Assembly: GCA_002633005.1 (NCBI GenBank)
Contig: NMRA01000983.1
Coordinates: forward strand, 15,194 to 79,193
Source of the DNA: Phoronis australis
Lineage: Eukaryota > Animalia > Phoronida
Direction: 5' to 3'
DNA length: 64,000 bases
Shown here: positions 25,301 through 39,559 of the stretch, in pieces
Position numbering within the stretch: the first letter of the stretch is position 1
Layout of the letters: every line of letters begins with the position of its first letter
The notes under the pieces: model-generated
What the model saw: the letters and a program-made list of their open reading frames with translations, nothing else
Told to the model about the DNA's origin: nothing
Databases searched by the model: none
Translations under genes and position numbers: made by a program

Positions 25301-26116
25301 GAGTTGGAATTCTCCTTTTTTACTCGAGTTTGTGGGTTGAATCTTTCGGTCATCAAGTGCAAACTGGCGTGGACATCTGCGTAAACCACAATATACTCGA
25401 GCACAGAACATTAGATAATTATCTTGATTTTCTAAGAAAGTAAAACAAAAAAGTAGTCAAAAATTTTTTGAGTTCGATTTCAGTAGGCAAAAGGGATGCC
25501 ACGATTTTTAGGTGGGTCGTGCGAAAGGAGTCAATATCAATTTTCATTCACGAAGTTTCTTTCTAAACTATATTATCTCTACGTAATTCAGCTAGCTCTA
25601 TCTGTATATTTGAACGTGAAAATAGATAGAGAAAGATGTGGGTAAATATTTGGCAACTTAAGCAAAGCTCGCTTTTTCATTTTGACACAAGTCTCTTGCG
25701 AAGAAATTTACAACACACTGTAGCACGTCAATTTTTCAACTCAATCAAATTAAATGGCACCTACCCTGTCCGCTACAACCTTTCAAAAGAAACAGAAGAT
25801 GATTAACGTGATTTTGTTATCGCACTGTCCTTTTTTAACAAGGCAATGTCAGACGTCAAATATAAAATTTGCTCGAAGCTTGGTTTAGTAATGCCGTCTT
25901 TTGGCAGATGGTGAGAGCTTCTCATCCCAGTATCTTACGTTTTTAACAAAGTTAATGTCACGAGTCTATTTCCAAACAGTAGGCTCGAAGATTGGATTTG
26001 GCAGTGACATTTTTGGCAAATGTTGGTAACTTTGCGGAAAGAAAATTTGATCAGATTTTAGGTTGCTGGTAATGAAATACTCAAAACTACTGTCGAAGTG
26101 AAAGTACATCTGGAAA

Positions 26117-26415
26117 TGTGGGTGGACAACATGTTGGTGGACTACATGTTGGTGGACTACATGTTGGTGGACTACAGGTTGGTGGACTACATGTTGGTGG
26201 ACTACATATTGGTGGACTACATGTTGGTGGACTACATGTTGGTGGACTACAGGTTGGTGGACTACATATTGGTGGACTACATGTTGGTGGACTACATGTT
26301 GGTGGACTACATGTTGGTGGACTACATGTTGGTGGACTACATATTTGTGGACTACATGTTGGTGGACTACATGTTGGTGGACTACAGGTTGGTGGACTAC
26401 AGGTTGGTGGACTAC
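26117..26415. repeat. 15-bp minisatellite (catgttggtggacta) x~20
   Basis: Directly visible. It produces the MLVDY, HVGGL and TCSPP repeat ORFs. Confidence 0.95.
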
Positions 26416-27104
26416 GCCTAAGTTTGTGAAAAAAGGACAGTGGATGAAAGAATAGGCAAAAACACAGATTGACCAACAGATGGAGCCCTAGTTCATGGTG
26501 CATAAAGTTGACGCGTACATGTATCATGCTCCTCAAATTGAACTGCCGAGCCATACTTACCACGTTCGTTTGATCAAGTACAGATGTGATTTTAATGACT
26601 ACAGTGTAATGTTTTTTCAGAATGATTTACTCACTGTTTAGCCGGATCGTTCCAAAGCAGCCTTGCACAAATGATATCTCCACGCTGGCCTTCAGACCGT
26701 TTTGAGGATTCTTCATACATACGTTTGAACGTAACTGGAGCCAGTCTTTTCCTGTAGTTACACTCGAACGCCACATTTCCACCGGAATTTAAGACAACAT
26801 TTTAAATGTTGTCACAAATTTCGGTGGAGTATGATACATGTACGCGTCAACTTAAAAGTATTTTCCAAAAGATAATCGAAGACTGTACGCTAAGTTGTCT
26901 AGAATATAAGGACAAAAGGTACGCATATTCTTCTTGGATAAAATACATTGGAATTGGAATCCAACCCCCGAAAATAAGACGTTTGTTTCCTAGGGCTTGA
27001 CTACAGAGAATGTCAACCAACTAAAGGCATATAATTAACAAAACCAGCAAAAGAATACTCAGTATATTATTTCATACTAATTGAAGGATAGCTTTCCAAT
27101 AGAA

Positions 27105-27272
<168 letters not shown>

Positions 27273-27976
27273 GCAACAAGATGAGGACTGTAGGAAAACA
27301 TCAGGGCCGTAGGATTCGGGGGTTGTGCCCCCCAAAAAATTGCAGAAGGTTATGTTAAACCATGGCAACCGACAAAGGCGTGGTGCCGGGGACAGTCGAG
27401 AAAAGAAAGACTACAAATACGGATAGGTCTCGTAGAAAATTCAAGAGAACATTTGACGACTCAGTATCAGTGCACGGTTAACCCTTTGAGGGCCATGGCC
27501 AGAACATTGTTGTTAGGGTTTTTGCTGCGTACATGTAGGTCGTCTAAACGCTTTTGAAAATGTGCACTTTATCATTCATACATTCATTTTGAAAAATCGA
27601 CAAAATTCATAAAGCAAAGCTTTAGCGGAGCATATTAAATCATAAATCCAATAACACAGTTTTCCAAATGCATAAATGCGAAATTATATTTTCCAGAGGC
27701 TCCTCTCTAGCAAAGGATAACAAAGACAACTGTCGCTCTATTTTTTCGTGTTTTTCTTTCTCTTAATTGTGTGTCACTTGAGAAAATTGATGGCCTGGCA
27801 TCAATTGCTGCACTTTTCCTGACTTTTGAAAATATAGATCTTTTCATATTTAGGGGCCCAGCTCTTGAAGAGAACCATTCATGACATTCAAGTGGCCACC
27901 CTTTTCGTGTTTCGATTGGCAAATTCTCAAGGGGCCGCTAAAGAAAAGAGGGCCCAATGTTGGAATCGATTATCTC

Positions 27977-28155
27977 TATTTTCCTATTTTTTGTGAAATC
28001 GTACAACCGGCTTTCATGCTGAGGAAAGTCACATCTTGCAAGGTCACCCGACAATTGAATGAACTATTGAAATCAATTATGTCTAATTTCCTGTTTTTTG
28101 TGAAATCGTAAAACCGGCTCTCATGCAGAGGAAAGTCACTACTTGCAAGGCCACT
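27977..28155. repeat. ~70-bp direct repeat pair (~108-bp spacing)
   Basis: tttttgtgaaatcgta.aaccggct.tcatgc.gaggaaagtcac...ttgcaagg occurs twice. Confidence 0.75.
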
Positions 28156-28899
28156 GTCTATCTTTTCCATGCTTAATGTTTAGTAGCTTTTCATCTTAGG
28201 TGTCCCATTTCAGACGGGACCCCATCTCTCTGGGGCGTATCGGACATCCCCCTATACATGTAAATCCGACACTGCGAAGTATTCACGAGAAGATGAGATT
28301 CCAAATTCATTAAAAACTCAAAACAACCGTGCACAGCAAAGCAATATCAAAACATTCGACTCAAACAACCAAACTTGTAAAAAAACAATAGGATTGACCA
28401 ACATCAAAATGTTGGAATTTTGAAGAACGTGAAGATCACTATTTGTGAATTACACAAAAAGGTTACTTCCGATGGTTAGCTATAAACAATGTTTTATTTT
28501 TCCAATAGTATCACAAGAACAGTATTTCTTTTGAAGGTCGTTACTACAGTAGGAACTTTTTATAATGAATTCGCAAAATGTCGAAAAGACTGGGTGTTAG
28601 GATTTGTGATGACATGTGGAACGGGGGTACTCAAAATGCTCGCAATAATCAACAAATATTTCAGCGTTTATTTCTGGAGTTCAAGTTAAACTCGTGAGCC
28701 GTTATGAGTACCTCTGAAATCAGCAAAAATACACATGAATATGAATGCTCATCTCCCATATTCCCCGGGTTTCCCGTCAAAAATCTGCGATCATGCCTGC
28801 GGAAATTGCTTACTACATTCCGTTTTGATAAACAATTCGTTTGTTTCTGATTGACGTGTTTGTGTATTTACGAAAACCGAAAGGTTGCAAGATGATTTT

Positions 28900-29620
28900 T
28901 GGCAATTAGAATTTCACATTTTAAGAAATGATGATGTTTCAGTGACTTAAGTTGAAACCTAATTACGGAAAACTCTACAATCACATCCCCAAATAGTAAA
29001 GTGCACTTGGACGCTTCTTGCCTATCTAAAATAACTCTCAAGGACATTGATGAAATTTGAACAATTATCTAAAATTTGCTCACAATTCAAATGACAATAA
29101 ATGCATTGCTTTTTGACTTAGGTACAAGATTAGTCGTTTAAATTCACTAACAGGGGATAAAAAAGGAATTCATTCATTAAATCAAGGTAAACGTATTGCT
29201 CATGGATTCGATTTTTGGTTTCTGAATTACATGTTTATGTATCTATGAAAGTGAGCTGTTTGGTGATGGTTTTCTTTAATTAGAAGCTAATCTTGTAAGA
29301 AGTGACAATGCTTCAACGAACTTAGTTGCAAGCAGACATTGGGGAAATTCAATGTATCATTAGATCCCCAAATATAAAAGTACACGAAACCATTTGATTT
29401 GCCTATCTGAAAGGAGTCTCAAAGATATTAGTGAATGTCGGACCGCTCTACAAAGTGTCCTGAAATTTTCTCACAATTCACATGACAATAAACTGTTCAT
29501 TGATTTAGGAAATAGATCAGTGGGTTTAATTTCACAAACAGTACATCGAAGAAGTTTAAGTATTTAGATAAATAAAATTAAACTTATTGCTCATCAAGCT
29601 GATGTTGTTAGTTTCCATTA
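28900..29620 (+). repeat. Diverged tandem repeat, ~380-bp period
   Basis: ccccaaata...gcctatct.aa...ctcacaattca.atgacaataa recurs at ~28987 and ~29366. It is related to 13000-13380. Confidence 0.6.
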
Positions 29621-32600
29621 TTATTGCGCAATGAATTTTTATTCAAGCATTTGCTTTCCATTCCTGTCCATACTGCACACACGGAGCACGTCATGACAGA
29701 CGCACCACGGTGAAAATAAGGTGCAACTATACTGTGGACATGCGTACAATCTTAGTAATCCACGACAGCTGAATTTGAACTCCAGGCGTTAAAGAGTGTA
29801 CATTTTTGGGACACACATTGTATCATTTCCCCCAGCCACAAGAAAGTGGACCACCGGCTGTTTCATCAAGGGATTTTGAAACGGCCACAAAGGCACTCAT
29901 AACAGGAATCTCGGGACCTCCCCTTTCAAAAAAATTCCTTCAAAGAATGGTCATAATAAAATTAAGTTTTCCAGAAACTTGATCATGATAAAAAGCCAGC
30001 GCAGAGGAATAGGTACAAGATAAGCTGCCTGTCTCAAGTGAATCATAGCTGAGCTGACTAGCGACTAGCTCTAGTTCATCGAATCCACTGTTGGAGCCCA
30101 GCTACCCGTCAGTGCGCTGGCCCTAGACCCACTCTTACTCTCCGTTAAACTTTGTTCATTCATGGTTACTCAAATCGTGATGGATGCATCTCAGGTATTA
30201 CCCCCCCCCCCCCCAAGCCCACCAATGGCGGATGTGAGGAACGGTACAAATATGGTGACATCCAGAGAACGGGGGGGGTGGCGATAGGAAGGGGGTAGGT
30301 TGGCGAAGTCGAATTGATTTGTACTTACCTTCATACGGGTCTGAACATATGTCGATTGTTGTGCTCAAATGTTGTAAAACTAACCTTCTGAGTCTAAAAA
30401 GCTTGACTTATGCATACAGTCTTATTCACGACAGGGTGTGTTGCTGAGAGATGGGGCCATATCAACCAAAAACACACACAAAAGCACCCCATAGATTTTT
30501 GTTTAAATGATACACCGGTAAATGAAAATGAGATGGCTACAAAACTACAACAAATTGCCCAAGCCCTGATCACTGGATGTGGGGTCTCTGAGAGCGGCTG
30601 CATGGAATAGAGTCGGGAACTCAACTATGTTCATTGAAGTTCCAGTGAATTTGTGGACTGACAGACCATTCTTAAAATGCATGGTATGGTTGGTATTCCA
30701 ATGCCAAAACTGGCTAGCTTAACCCCTCAAGTTGAATTTGTGTACTTCACTGGAAACAATTCAAGGCATTTTTGTTACGTTCACGCATTTAAATGTGTGG
30801 TCCCGAATACGGTATCAGAAAATACTGATTGCAATCAATTATGTAATATGTTATTGAAACCCAGGCATGTACGTAACCGGCCTCGAGAATATCTAGTCGC
30901 CGCGTCGAGTTCCACAGAAATGAATCTGTCTTCCAAGAATTGCTGCAGATAAGTATTTACACTAGCCTGGGCTATAATCAATGATTAACAACGAATGGCT
31001 CAGTAAAAATTTATAACTGGTGTGAAAACCATGCCTTTGTTTCCCAGTAAATTTTTGGAGCGTTTAAGCTGGCCGGCCGATTGTTTAATTAAATCTACCT
31101 ATCACAGAAACAAATTTTCACTTTCGTGTTATTCTGAAGTAAGGTATAGATGCCACCATACAAATTCAGGATCACTTCACTTCAGAAAGGTTACAATGTA
31201 TCACTATTTCCAGGTTTACATCGTTTTGTTAATAACAGAGATTTTTTATTAAAACGCTCCAGGGGACAGTAATTGCTTCAAGTCCATGTTTGTTCCCAAA
31301 AAAGCTCACAGAGCGTTGTCCCGGAAACAACAATGACTTCGAGTCACTTTTGTTTTTTGTTTTTTTAATCGTCTGCATTGCGAAATAAAGTGAGTGTCGG
31401 TCAAATTCAAGACTTCACAAAAACCTAGGACCGCGTGGTGTAAGCTTCCTGTTCTGCTGACCGCAAATCAGAATTATCAGTGGACGAATATCGCTTTTCG
31501 AGGTCGATTCCAAGTTTCCAGATTCCTCATCCAACTATATACTGTAGCTGACTGCCTTTTTAGACACATGCTTGCACCGACTAATTTTGTGCTTCTCCAC
31601 CCATTCGTAAAACGGGAACTGGGGGGTGTACATGTAAGGAAGGTCACGACCCCAGCAGTGGCAAACCCCGATTATTTTACAGTGAATGTAAGGATATTCA
31701 TAGAACTCCTCGAAACTTTCGTCGTTATCGCCACTTGCAATGAAACCATTTAACATACATGAAATGTTCACCGAGACAACAACTGCAAGTTAGTCATTTG
31801 TTTCAACCAACTGTATTCATATTTGAGTCAGATATCACGCTTATCTATGGATTGAGCTATCCAGCTACTAGTACCTACTGTACCTGTCATACGATTGTCT
31901 GTGGGTTTGTTTAAAAGGTGGCTATGCTTTGAGATTGTGCGTAGATGGACAGTGAATAATCAAATCCAGTAATTAATTTATTATATGATAACCCCTAATT
32001 AGACAAATGAAACCGATTGTTAATTAATCAATTAACTTCAAAAAAGAGTATCTACGCTAGCGCCCTCTTTAAAGATTATTTTAATCAATCGACCAAAATA
32101 ATCAAATGTCTTATCTGCTATCCAAGCTAGGACTATCCACTTGTTGGATGTCTGTCCTGTTGGTGTATCTACGAACTACACACACTATATGGCGACAGTG
32201 TACTTGCTGGTCACCGTCTCTGGTGTTGCAACACTTGCAGGCAATTTCTTCTACCCGTGATTCTTCTTGATGGTCACAGTCTCTGGCTGGTGACGCAACA
32301 ATTCAGGTAGTATCTTACTACCCATGATGCAAGTGGCAAGCTCTTACTTAACTTCCTGTTCGTTAACCCTTGCCCTTGCCAACATCCTTTCCAGAATCTT
32401 CCACGAGATGGCTCTGTCGTACAATTCCCTCTGTACACTGTAGCAAAAAGTCTTTATACTCCAACTATTATAGATCATCTGAATTTCTTTTTGACTTAAG
32501 TCCGTATTATAATATTCTACTTATTTAGTGATTGGTTAATAAAAACCACATGATCATATCCAATCATATCATTGTCTGATACAGTTTGTTTTCACAATCT

Positions 32601-33958
32601 TCAAGAATCTCTAGAGTACTTTGACCCCAGAACCCAAAGTTGTAAACACCATTTAAAAATAGATTTTGACATGAAAGTACATGCCAGCAAGTTTGACCCC
32701 ATGATTTAAAAGCACATATGTACAAATTTTGGGCAATTTAAAATTAATCTATTCTGATTGATCAGTTAATCAGAATATTTATTATGACAGTACCAGTGGT
32801 GGCTTTGATATCACATACGTCCCACATTGACTACTTTGAAAACCGACGCGTAGACCAATTGTTTTTCTCAAGGTTCCAGATCTATTTTGGAGCCACCTAG
32901 CAAGAAATAACACTTTTAATACTTCATGTTTGGCTATTTTATATTCTTCATCTTTCACCCTTTGCTATTTGTGTGCTCAGTTCCCCCCTTGTCCCCTGTA
33001 GCTAAATGTGTACGACAACTTCAGATCACAGCAGGTGAACGACGTGGCTAAAAAGCCAATTTAGGAGAAGTTCGATTTCTCGGTTCACCACAACTGTATT
33101 TGCGATCCTCTTGCAACCCTGGCAGCACGTACAACCGTGTTTAAGTTTTGGCACTCCAAAACTCAAGTAACAAGTATCTAATTGTCTGTTTGAGAAACAA
33201 AATCTGGTGTATGTCATTTTCTGACATCTCCCACACTCTTGTGTAACACCGTAAGGTCGGACTAAGATATCAAAACTGTAGACTCGTGTCACGCACACGC
33301 GCAAATTGCTCGATGTTTGGTTTGCTAAAGTGACTTCTTATAAGAGGTGAGAACAAATTCGCCGACAGCTTAAGTCCTGAGGATTTGGGGTTCGCTGGCA
33401 GTAAAGTACTCAAAACTACCAACGAGGAGCAAATGCTTATGGCAGTTTGTTGTGAATTGTGCCCAAGCTTGTGAGACAGGGAAAATGGATTAGAAAGTCG
33501 GCGAAAATTGATTGATCAACAGAAAGCGTTGGAGGTTTTGGCGTTTATGTCTGATGAATACGGACGCTTCACGGAATTAAATACGGGAATAGCGGCCTCT
33601 CGCCATTCTTTTTGCGATGGTAACCAAATTCAAGTAATCACGGAAGTGTGAAGATTTCAATGATTATAACTTTTTACCAGGTTTTGTTCTGATCACACTT
33701 CACTGTGATCGTTCCAAAGCTGTATATTTATCAGCTTTGCACTAAGGATAGAGTTGAGCTACCAGCGGGCGTGGATGCAAAATTTTGGAATCAACCGAAT
33801 TCAACTTGTCCGTTACAGTCGTTTAAGGTAAAACAATCCGATAAGCATCATTTTCTTGCGTCATTCCCGGCTTTTCTAACAATAGTGGGGAGGGAATGTG
33901 TGAGATTTGCACAAATTGAGCATTTTGCGACAAGTTTTTGCAATTTGGTAAGCTGTTA

Positions 33959-36900
33959 CAGCACACATCACGAATTTTTGGCCGACCGGTCGGAAATTGG
34001 TCGACGACCGGCCGTCGACCGGTCGTCTAGCCGACCAGCAGCCGACCAACAACGGTCGGCTAGGAGCCGTCTACTGAGTCGCCTCTGTGGTCGGCACTTG
34101 GGTCGGCTAAGTGGTCGCCTAGCGTAGACGACCAATTCGGATTAAGCGTGTCCTTGGTCGGCAATTACCATTTTATGACTTAACGGGTGAACTTTGGCCA
34201 AACAAACATTTTACTGTTCGCTGTTAGTTCACCACTGGCAACTCAGGTCTTGACATCGGTTTATAAAGTTTTGTTCAACTATTGAAAGGAAATAAAATCG
34301 AATCAACCTACAAATACGAAGTGCGTGACATTACACCAGCCTAAAACTTTATGTTGAATTAATGACGGCGTGGTAAAATCAAACGTTAAGTGATATCGCG
34401 GAAGCATAATTTCTAAATTTAGATATGAGACTTTTTATACAGTACATTTTGCACAAAAACAAGCACGAAATTTGAAATTTACAGTAAAATTGCATAACAA
34501 TCAGAATACAACACTCAATACACGACCTCAAGTGTTTTCATGCAGCGGAATGCTCAACAAGCATCACGCATTTGCGCTCATCCGTTATTGCTCTTGATGA
34601 TCACTTCATCACGCTGTATATTGCGATTTACCACAGATAATTATTGCTTATTTCTGTATAATTTCTTAATATGTTGGTACAGCAATAGAACCCAATTTTA
34701 TTTTAGAAACAACATAAACAATGGTTTGAACATAGCGCCGATATTAAAGCATGGGCGCATGAAAACGGAAGACTGATCGGTTTATAGTGTCATCCATCAT
34801 CCATCATCATTCAGAAATTGTTGTCACTTTCGCAGTAAAACATCTTTTCGAAACTAGAGCCTTCCTATGTAGCCAGCTAGTTGCATGAAGACTATTTTCA
34901 AAATACAGCAAGGTGCCACTGCTTATTGAGACCAAACAGACCTCGATACTTCACACAGCCCGGATAGTTACGTTTGTCACCTCGTCGAAAAACTTGTATC
35001 AACATGAGCTCAAGACTGGCGGGTGTGCATGCAAAATCTGGAAGTCAATTGGCATTCAAGTTGCCCGTTACGGCCGTTTAAGTGAGAAACATCCGACGTC
35101 ATCTTCTTGCGTAATTCTCTGCCTTTTTAACGAAAAAACGTATATCGTCGTTTTGAAAAAAGTTCATTGTGACACGCGCCACTTCCAAAATGTTTTCAAC
35201 ATCTCCCATTAGATGATGAACACATCTCAGCAAAATTTGTTCTAAAATTCGGTTCACTGATATCAAAATTCCAAAAACATATAATGAAGTGAAACCAATT
35301 CTGATCATTTGTTGTGACGTTTACGTAACCTCGAGGGAGAACGTTTGATTGAAGAATCTGGGAAAAAGAAACTGGCTAAAAGGTGACGCAATATTTCATT
35401 GGGGCGAAAGTCGACGCATAAGATCACAACATAACTTTAGCAGCAGAATAATTGTAGAAAACCATTTTTTGCAACGCTGGTAAATAATTTAGTTTACTCT
35501 AGGAAGATTTTATTCGGTCAGTTTTTACCCACAATGGCGCAAATTTGTATATTTAATTTAGTAAACAGCTTCGCACCAAGGCTACAGCCTTCCGAGCCCT
35601 TTCGCGTAAGAACACAATACTTGGCGTTTCGCGTATACTCCAAGGGGTAAAACTTTGAAAATAATATTTTCGGGGTAACCTGGTACATGTAATCCTAAAA
35701 AAAGTAGTCTGTGTTTTCATGTAGAGCGTAAAATGATTAACCCATTGATTCAAAAAGAACACTCTCGCAAACGAAAACGCACACAATTTTCAGCTATATT
35801 ACACTGGTTAAAAAACAACTTCTATAAGTTTATTGCATCGGATTCTAGTGATCACAGGGCAAGTCAAAACTCTTAAAGGGGCGCAATTTCAAACCTTTGG
35901 CATGAATCAGTGATATAAAAATGGAAATACATGTAGACCGACTTTAGTTCATCAGCAATCTAGACACAACAGTTACAGACACTCACTGCGTTTGTTAACG
36001 TCTTGTGGCAATGATAAAAATAATTTTTTCTACTATGATTGATAACAAGTTTTACTCTGATGAGGTATGATGCAATATGCACGTCTGATATGCAGAGTCA
36101 GCAGTTGCAAAAATATTTACTGGGTTTAATGAATCCGTTTGTTATGAACCACTGCAAAAGTATAATTACTAATTGTACATTCGAAGCACGCCTCATTAGA
36201 ATAAAAACATACACATGCTTGATGATCCTGGGAGTACCTCTTTTACAGGCATGAATGAAGATATATAGTTGTTAAGCCATAGAGGATAATAAAGCTTAGA
36301 TAATATCACACTGAGCCATGTACACCAGGCATATACAAAGGATACAGTATTTCAAAAGAAGCCTCAACTACTCATTTTTCATAGTCATAACTACTCATTT
36401 TTCATAGTATTACTAAATCACGAACACCTAGATTTATATTAGAAGTTACATAGTACGATGCTACACAACCTGCTCTCCCCCCATTTATGGGAGGCCTAAT
36501 TTGAAACATTTAACGACATATCTTTTCTATGCATGATTAAAACCAAGCAAAACATGCAAACTCTCCAGGACCAAAAATAAATATCTCAAAACCAGACATT
36601 TTACTTAAGCAGGAATTAAAACAATCCAATACATTGAGATTGTTTTCACACAGAAGACCAAAGAGCAAATAAAGACCAAATTCACCACGTCAAGACTGAA
36701 AATTTATCACATCAGCACCTATAATTTATCAAGTGAGGACCAAAAATTCTTCACTTCAGGATCAAAATAAAATACGACCGAACTGAAAATTTAATAAGTC
36801 AGGTTCAAAAACTTACCATGTCAGTAACTTTCACGCCAGAACACCACGTCACCATCCCCAAGCATTGATCTTTCAAAGTGATACTGTCCGTACTATACTA

Positions 36901-39130
36901 AACAAGGGCTATATATTCAACCTCTCGCCGACAACAGATATATTATCTTCGAAATGCGGTTGAATTTCTTTCGTCTAATCCACGTTTTACAATAGATGCC
37001 AATGTATAGGTACACACTGGATTGTCATCATTGCATAATGGGTGATCACGTAGTCTCCGGGCATGAAAACAATTCTCTCCGGGCGTGATAAGTTTTCTAA
37101 CGCAATAAATCCTGGTTGCCAATTGTTTTTGATTCTACAGAGATTTCAATTCCTGAATAGAAAATGTGTGTTCTGGATTTTTCCGCTTCAGCTTTCCATT
37201 CAGGTAACTAGTGCACAGCACAGTGTTTTTACTATCCCGTGCGGCTCCACTGCAACGAATCACTTCTGGTACAATCTTTCGTAAACGACGTTCGTATTTT
37301 GCACATTTCTTCGGGGTAACAGTTTTCCAAGAGCTATATATTCATTGGACAAGTTTCTGTTTGGTAATCGGTTTTATTTTCTGTCTCAGGTAGTCCTTGA
37401 GCTCATGCTCTGAATGTTTTGAAAACGCAACTCTTTATTTACACAGATACGTTTTCCTGCCCGTGGGCACCGACTCGCTGAATTCACCAACCAAACATTT
37501 ATTTTTGAAAATGCACTCAAAAGTGTAGTTAAAACACCGTGTTGATCATAGTCGTCAGTGCAGAAAAGCGAAATGAACAAATTTGTACACACTGCTCAAA
37601 GCACTTTTGTGGACATACGGAAACGCCAACGTCTCTGTCTTACAACTCTGCGTGTGCTTGGCATTTCTGATCAAAGCGCTCTCATGCTGGAAACTTTATT
37701 AAGACTGAGCACCGTTTCAAAAAATTGTATTTTTTCTTACAGCTGAGCACAGAATTATTATGCGATTTTAGGACTGAAACGGAACCAAATCTCGAGTGGT
37801 GACTCATTAGAATGTGCAAAATTCGGGGAGGGGGGTGGCTGGCAATACAAGCATGATTTTTTTATTTTCGCGCCAAACATGTAGTTACCACTTCTCATTC
37901 AGCGTCACTTACTACCTGAGGTGGCCAGATCATACATGTACGCTATCAAGATCACCAGACGCTTTGCTTCTCAAAAGTGCACCTTTGTGTATTTTCTATC
38001 ATTTTTTGCCATCGCAATCGCTTTACCAAAGTTTCACGCACATATGCCGCGTAGAGACAAATACCTCTTCACCACGTATTCACATCTTGCCGTTCACAAT
38101 TGTTTTATTTTGCATAATTTGTCAATATGTTGTTGACAGAAAATATTTATTTTTGGAACAACGTGAACGACCAACTGATAGGGGACTACGTGTATACATG
38201 TAACTGCTAGCCCAGATTTTAACGTCACCGATACACTGAAAACGGAATGCGCAAGGCTACTTTGCTGTAGCCTCAACAGTGGTGATGTCACCGTCTTAGT
38301 TCGTGGAAATCGTAACCATAATATGATTTCGAAGTTAGAGCCATCGAAGTCCGTGGGTTTAGGGCATACTGGACCGTGAATTTCGCGTCTGTACTGCAAG
38401 GGTCAATACTATGAAAATAAAATCCCTGGAGTGAGAGCTTTTCGCGGTGTAAGAACTCACTCACTAATCCATCATCATGGGCGCGTGACAGGAGACCGGT
38501 GACTAACTTAAAAAAACGCAAAAAGATGCAGTTTGGCGTTACACAAACAACTTGAAATCAACTGCGGGCGAAGACTGCTAAAATAGCTGCGTTTACAAAA
38601 TGACTACAGCGTTGTATTGACCGGGAAGCAACCGATCTAATACATCTTGTTAACGTCACGAGTCAAATTAAAGATCAAATGTAAAGAAAACTTTCACGTT
38701 TTTCATCCAAAACTTGTTGCATTGTCCATAATCCAATGTTTACTATTACCGCTTGCCTTCAACCTTCGAATTAGTGGTATTACACAACCGACGTGAACTC
38801 ATGTAACCGAGACAGTAAAACTAGGTTAATTTATTTGACCCTGTGCTAAGACGAATATGCATCGACACGCAAAGTGGTATCAGCCTGACAACCTATTACG
38901 CAACTGCTACTCTAGCCTAAAAATAGCAGCCGACCAGCTGGTCGGCTGATGGCCGGTCGGCTGAAGGGTCGGCTGAAGGGTCGGCTGGGGAGTCGCCTTA
39001 TGAGTCGGCACTGCGGGCGGCTGCCGGTCGGCTAATTTTTAGCCGACCGGTCGGCAAATTAGACGACCGGTCGACGGCTAGTCGTCGACCAATTTCCGAC
39101 CGGGCGGCCAAAAATTCGTGATGTGTGCTG
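33959..39130. mobile_element. 5.2-kb TIR DNA transposon with TA flanks and GCCGACC subterminal arrays
   Basis: TA|CAGCACACATCACGAATTTTTGGCCG... and ...CGGCCAAAAATTCGTGATGTGTGCTG|TA. The TIR is ~70 bp with ~3 mismatches. Many gccgacc/ggtcggc units lie at 33980-34165 and 38928-39110. Confidence 0.85.
37228..37410 (-). pseudogene. Tc1/IS630-type transposase C-terminal fragment
   Basis: HELKDYLRQKIKPITKQKLVQ*IYSSWKTVTPKKCAKYERRLRKIVPEVIRCSGAA matches the region following the SPDLNPIE motif of Tc1-like DDE transposases. Confidence 0.7.
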
Positions 39131-39559
39131 TAGGTATAAGCAAAGGGATTTCAAAAAACACCACAAACAAAGTGTGCTGACCCCCTGGGGATTGTTACAC
39201 GCAAAATCCAATATGGCCACCGCCGAAAATATGTCGGCTGTCACTACAACAAATTCTAATATTACTTTTTCCCCATTTTGGGGGTGAGAAGTTCATATCT
39301 GGTGTTAGTTTTATTTTTTGAGGTCAATTCCAATGCAAAATGATACTTTCAAAGTAAATGTCGTTTACAAATAACTCAAATTTATGTTGGCCCTCGTAGA
39401 AGTTACTTTGTTTAATTAATGGGTTTATCGGTGCGATTCGCCTCACAAAATTCGGAAATTACCATTTTCCAAAACCAGATTTGCACAAAATAGGACTGTT
39501 CTAACTGAGAGTGACAATACTTTTAGATACAATTTGTAATGCTTTAAAGGTTGGAGTAC

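Noticed and set aside
30394-33650. Several coding-looking fragments (31535-31771 -, 32190-32440 -, 33334-33650 +)
   Set aside because: Short or stop-interrupted, with no recognisable motifs or consistent splice chain. They would need BLASTX to be supported.
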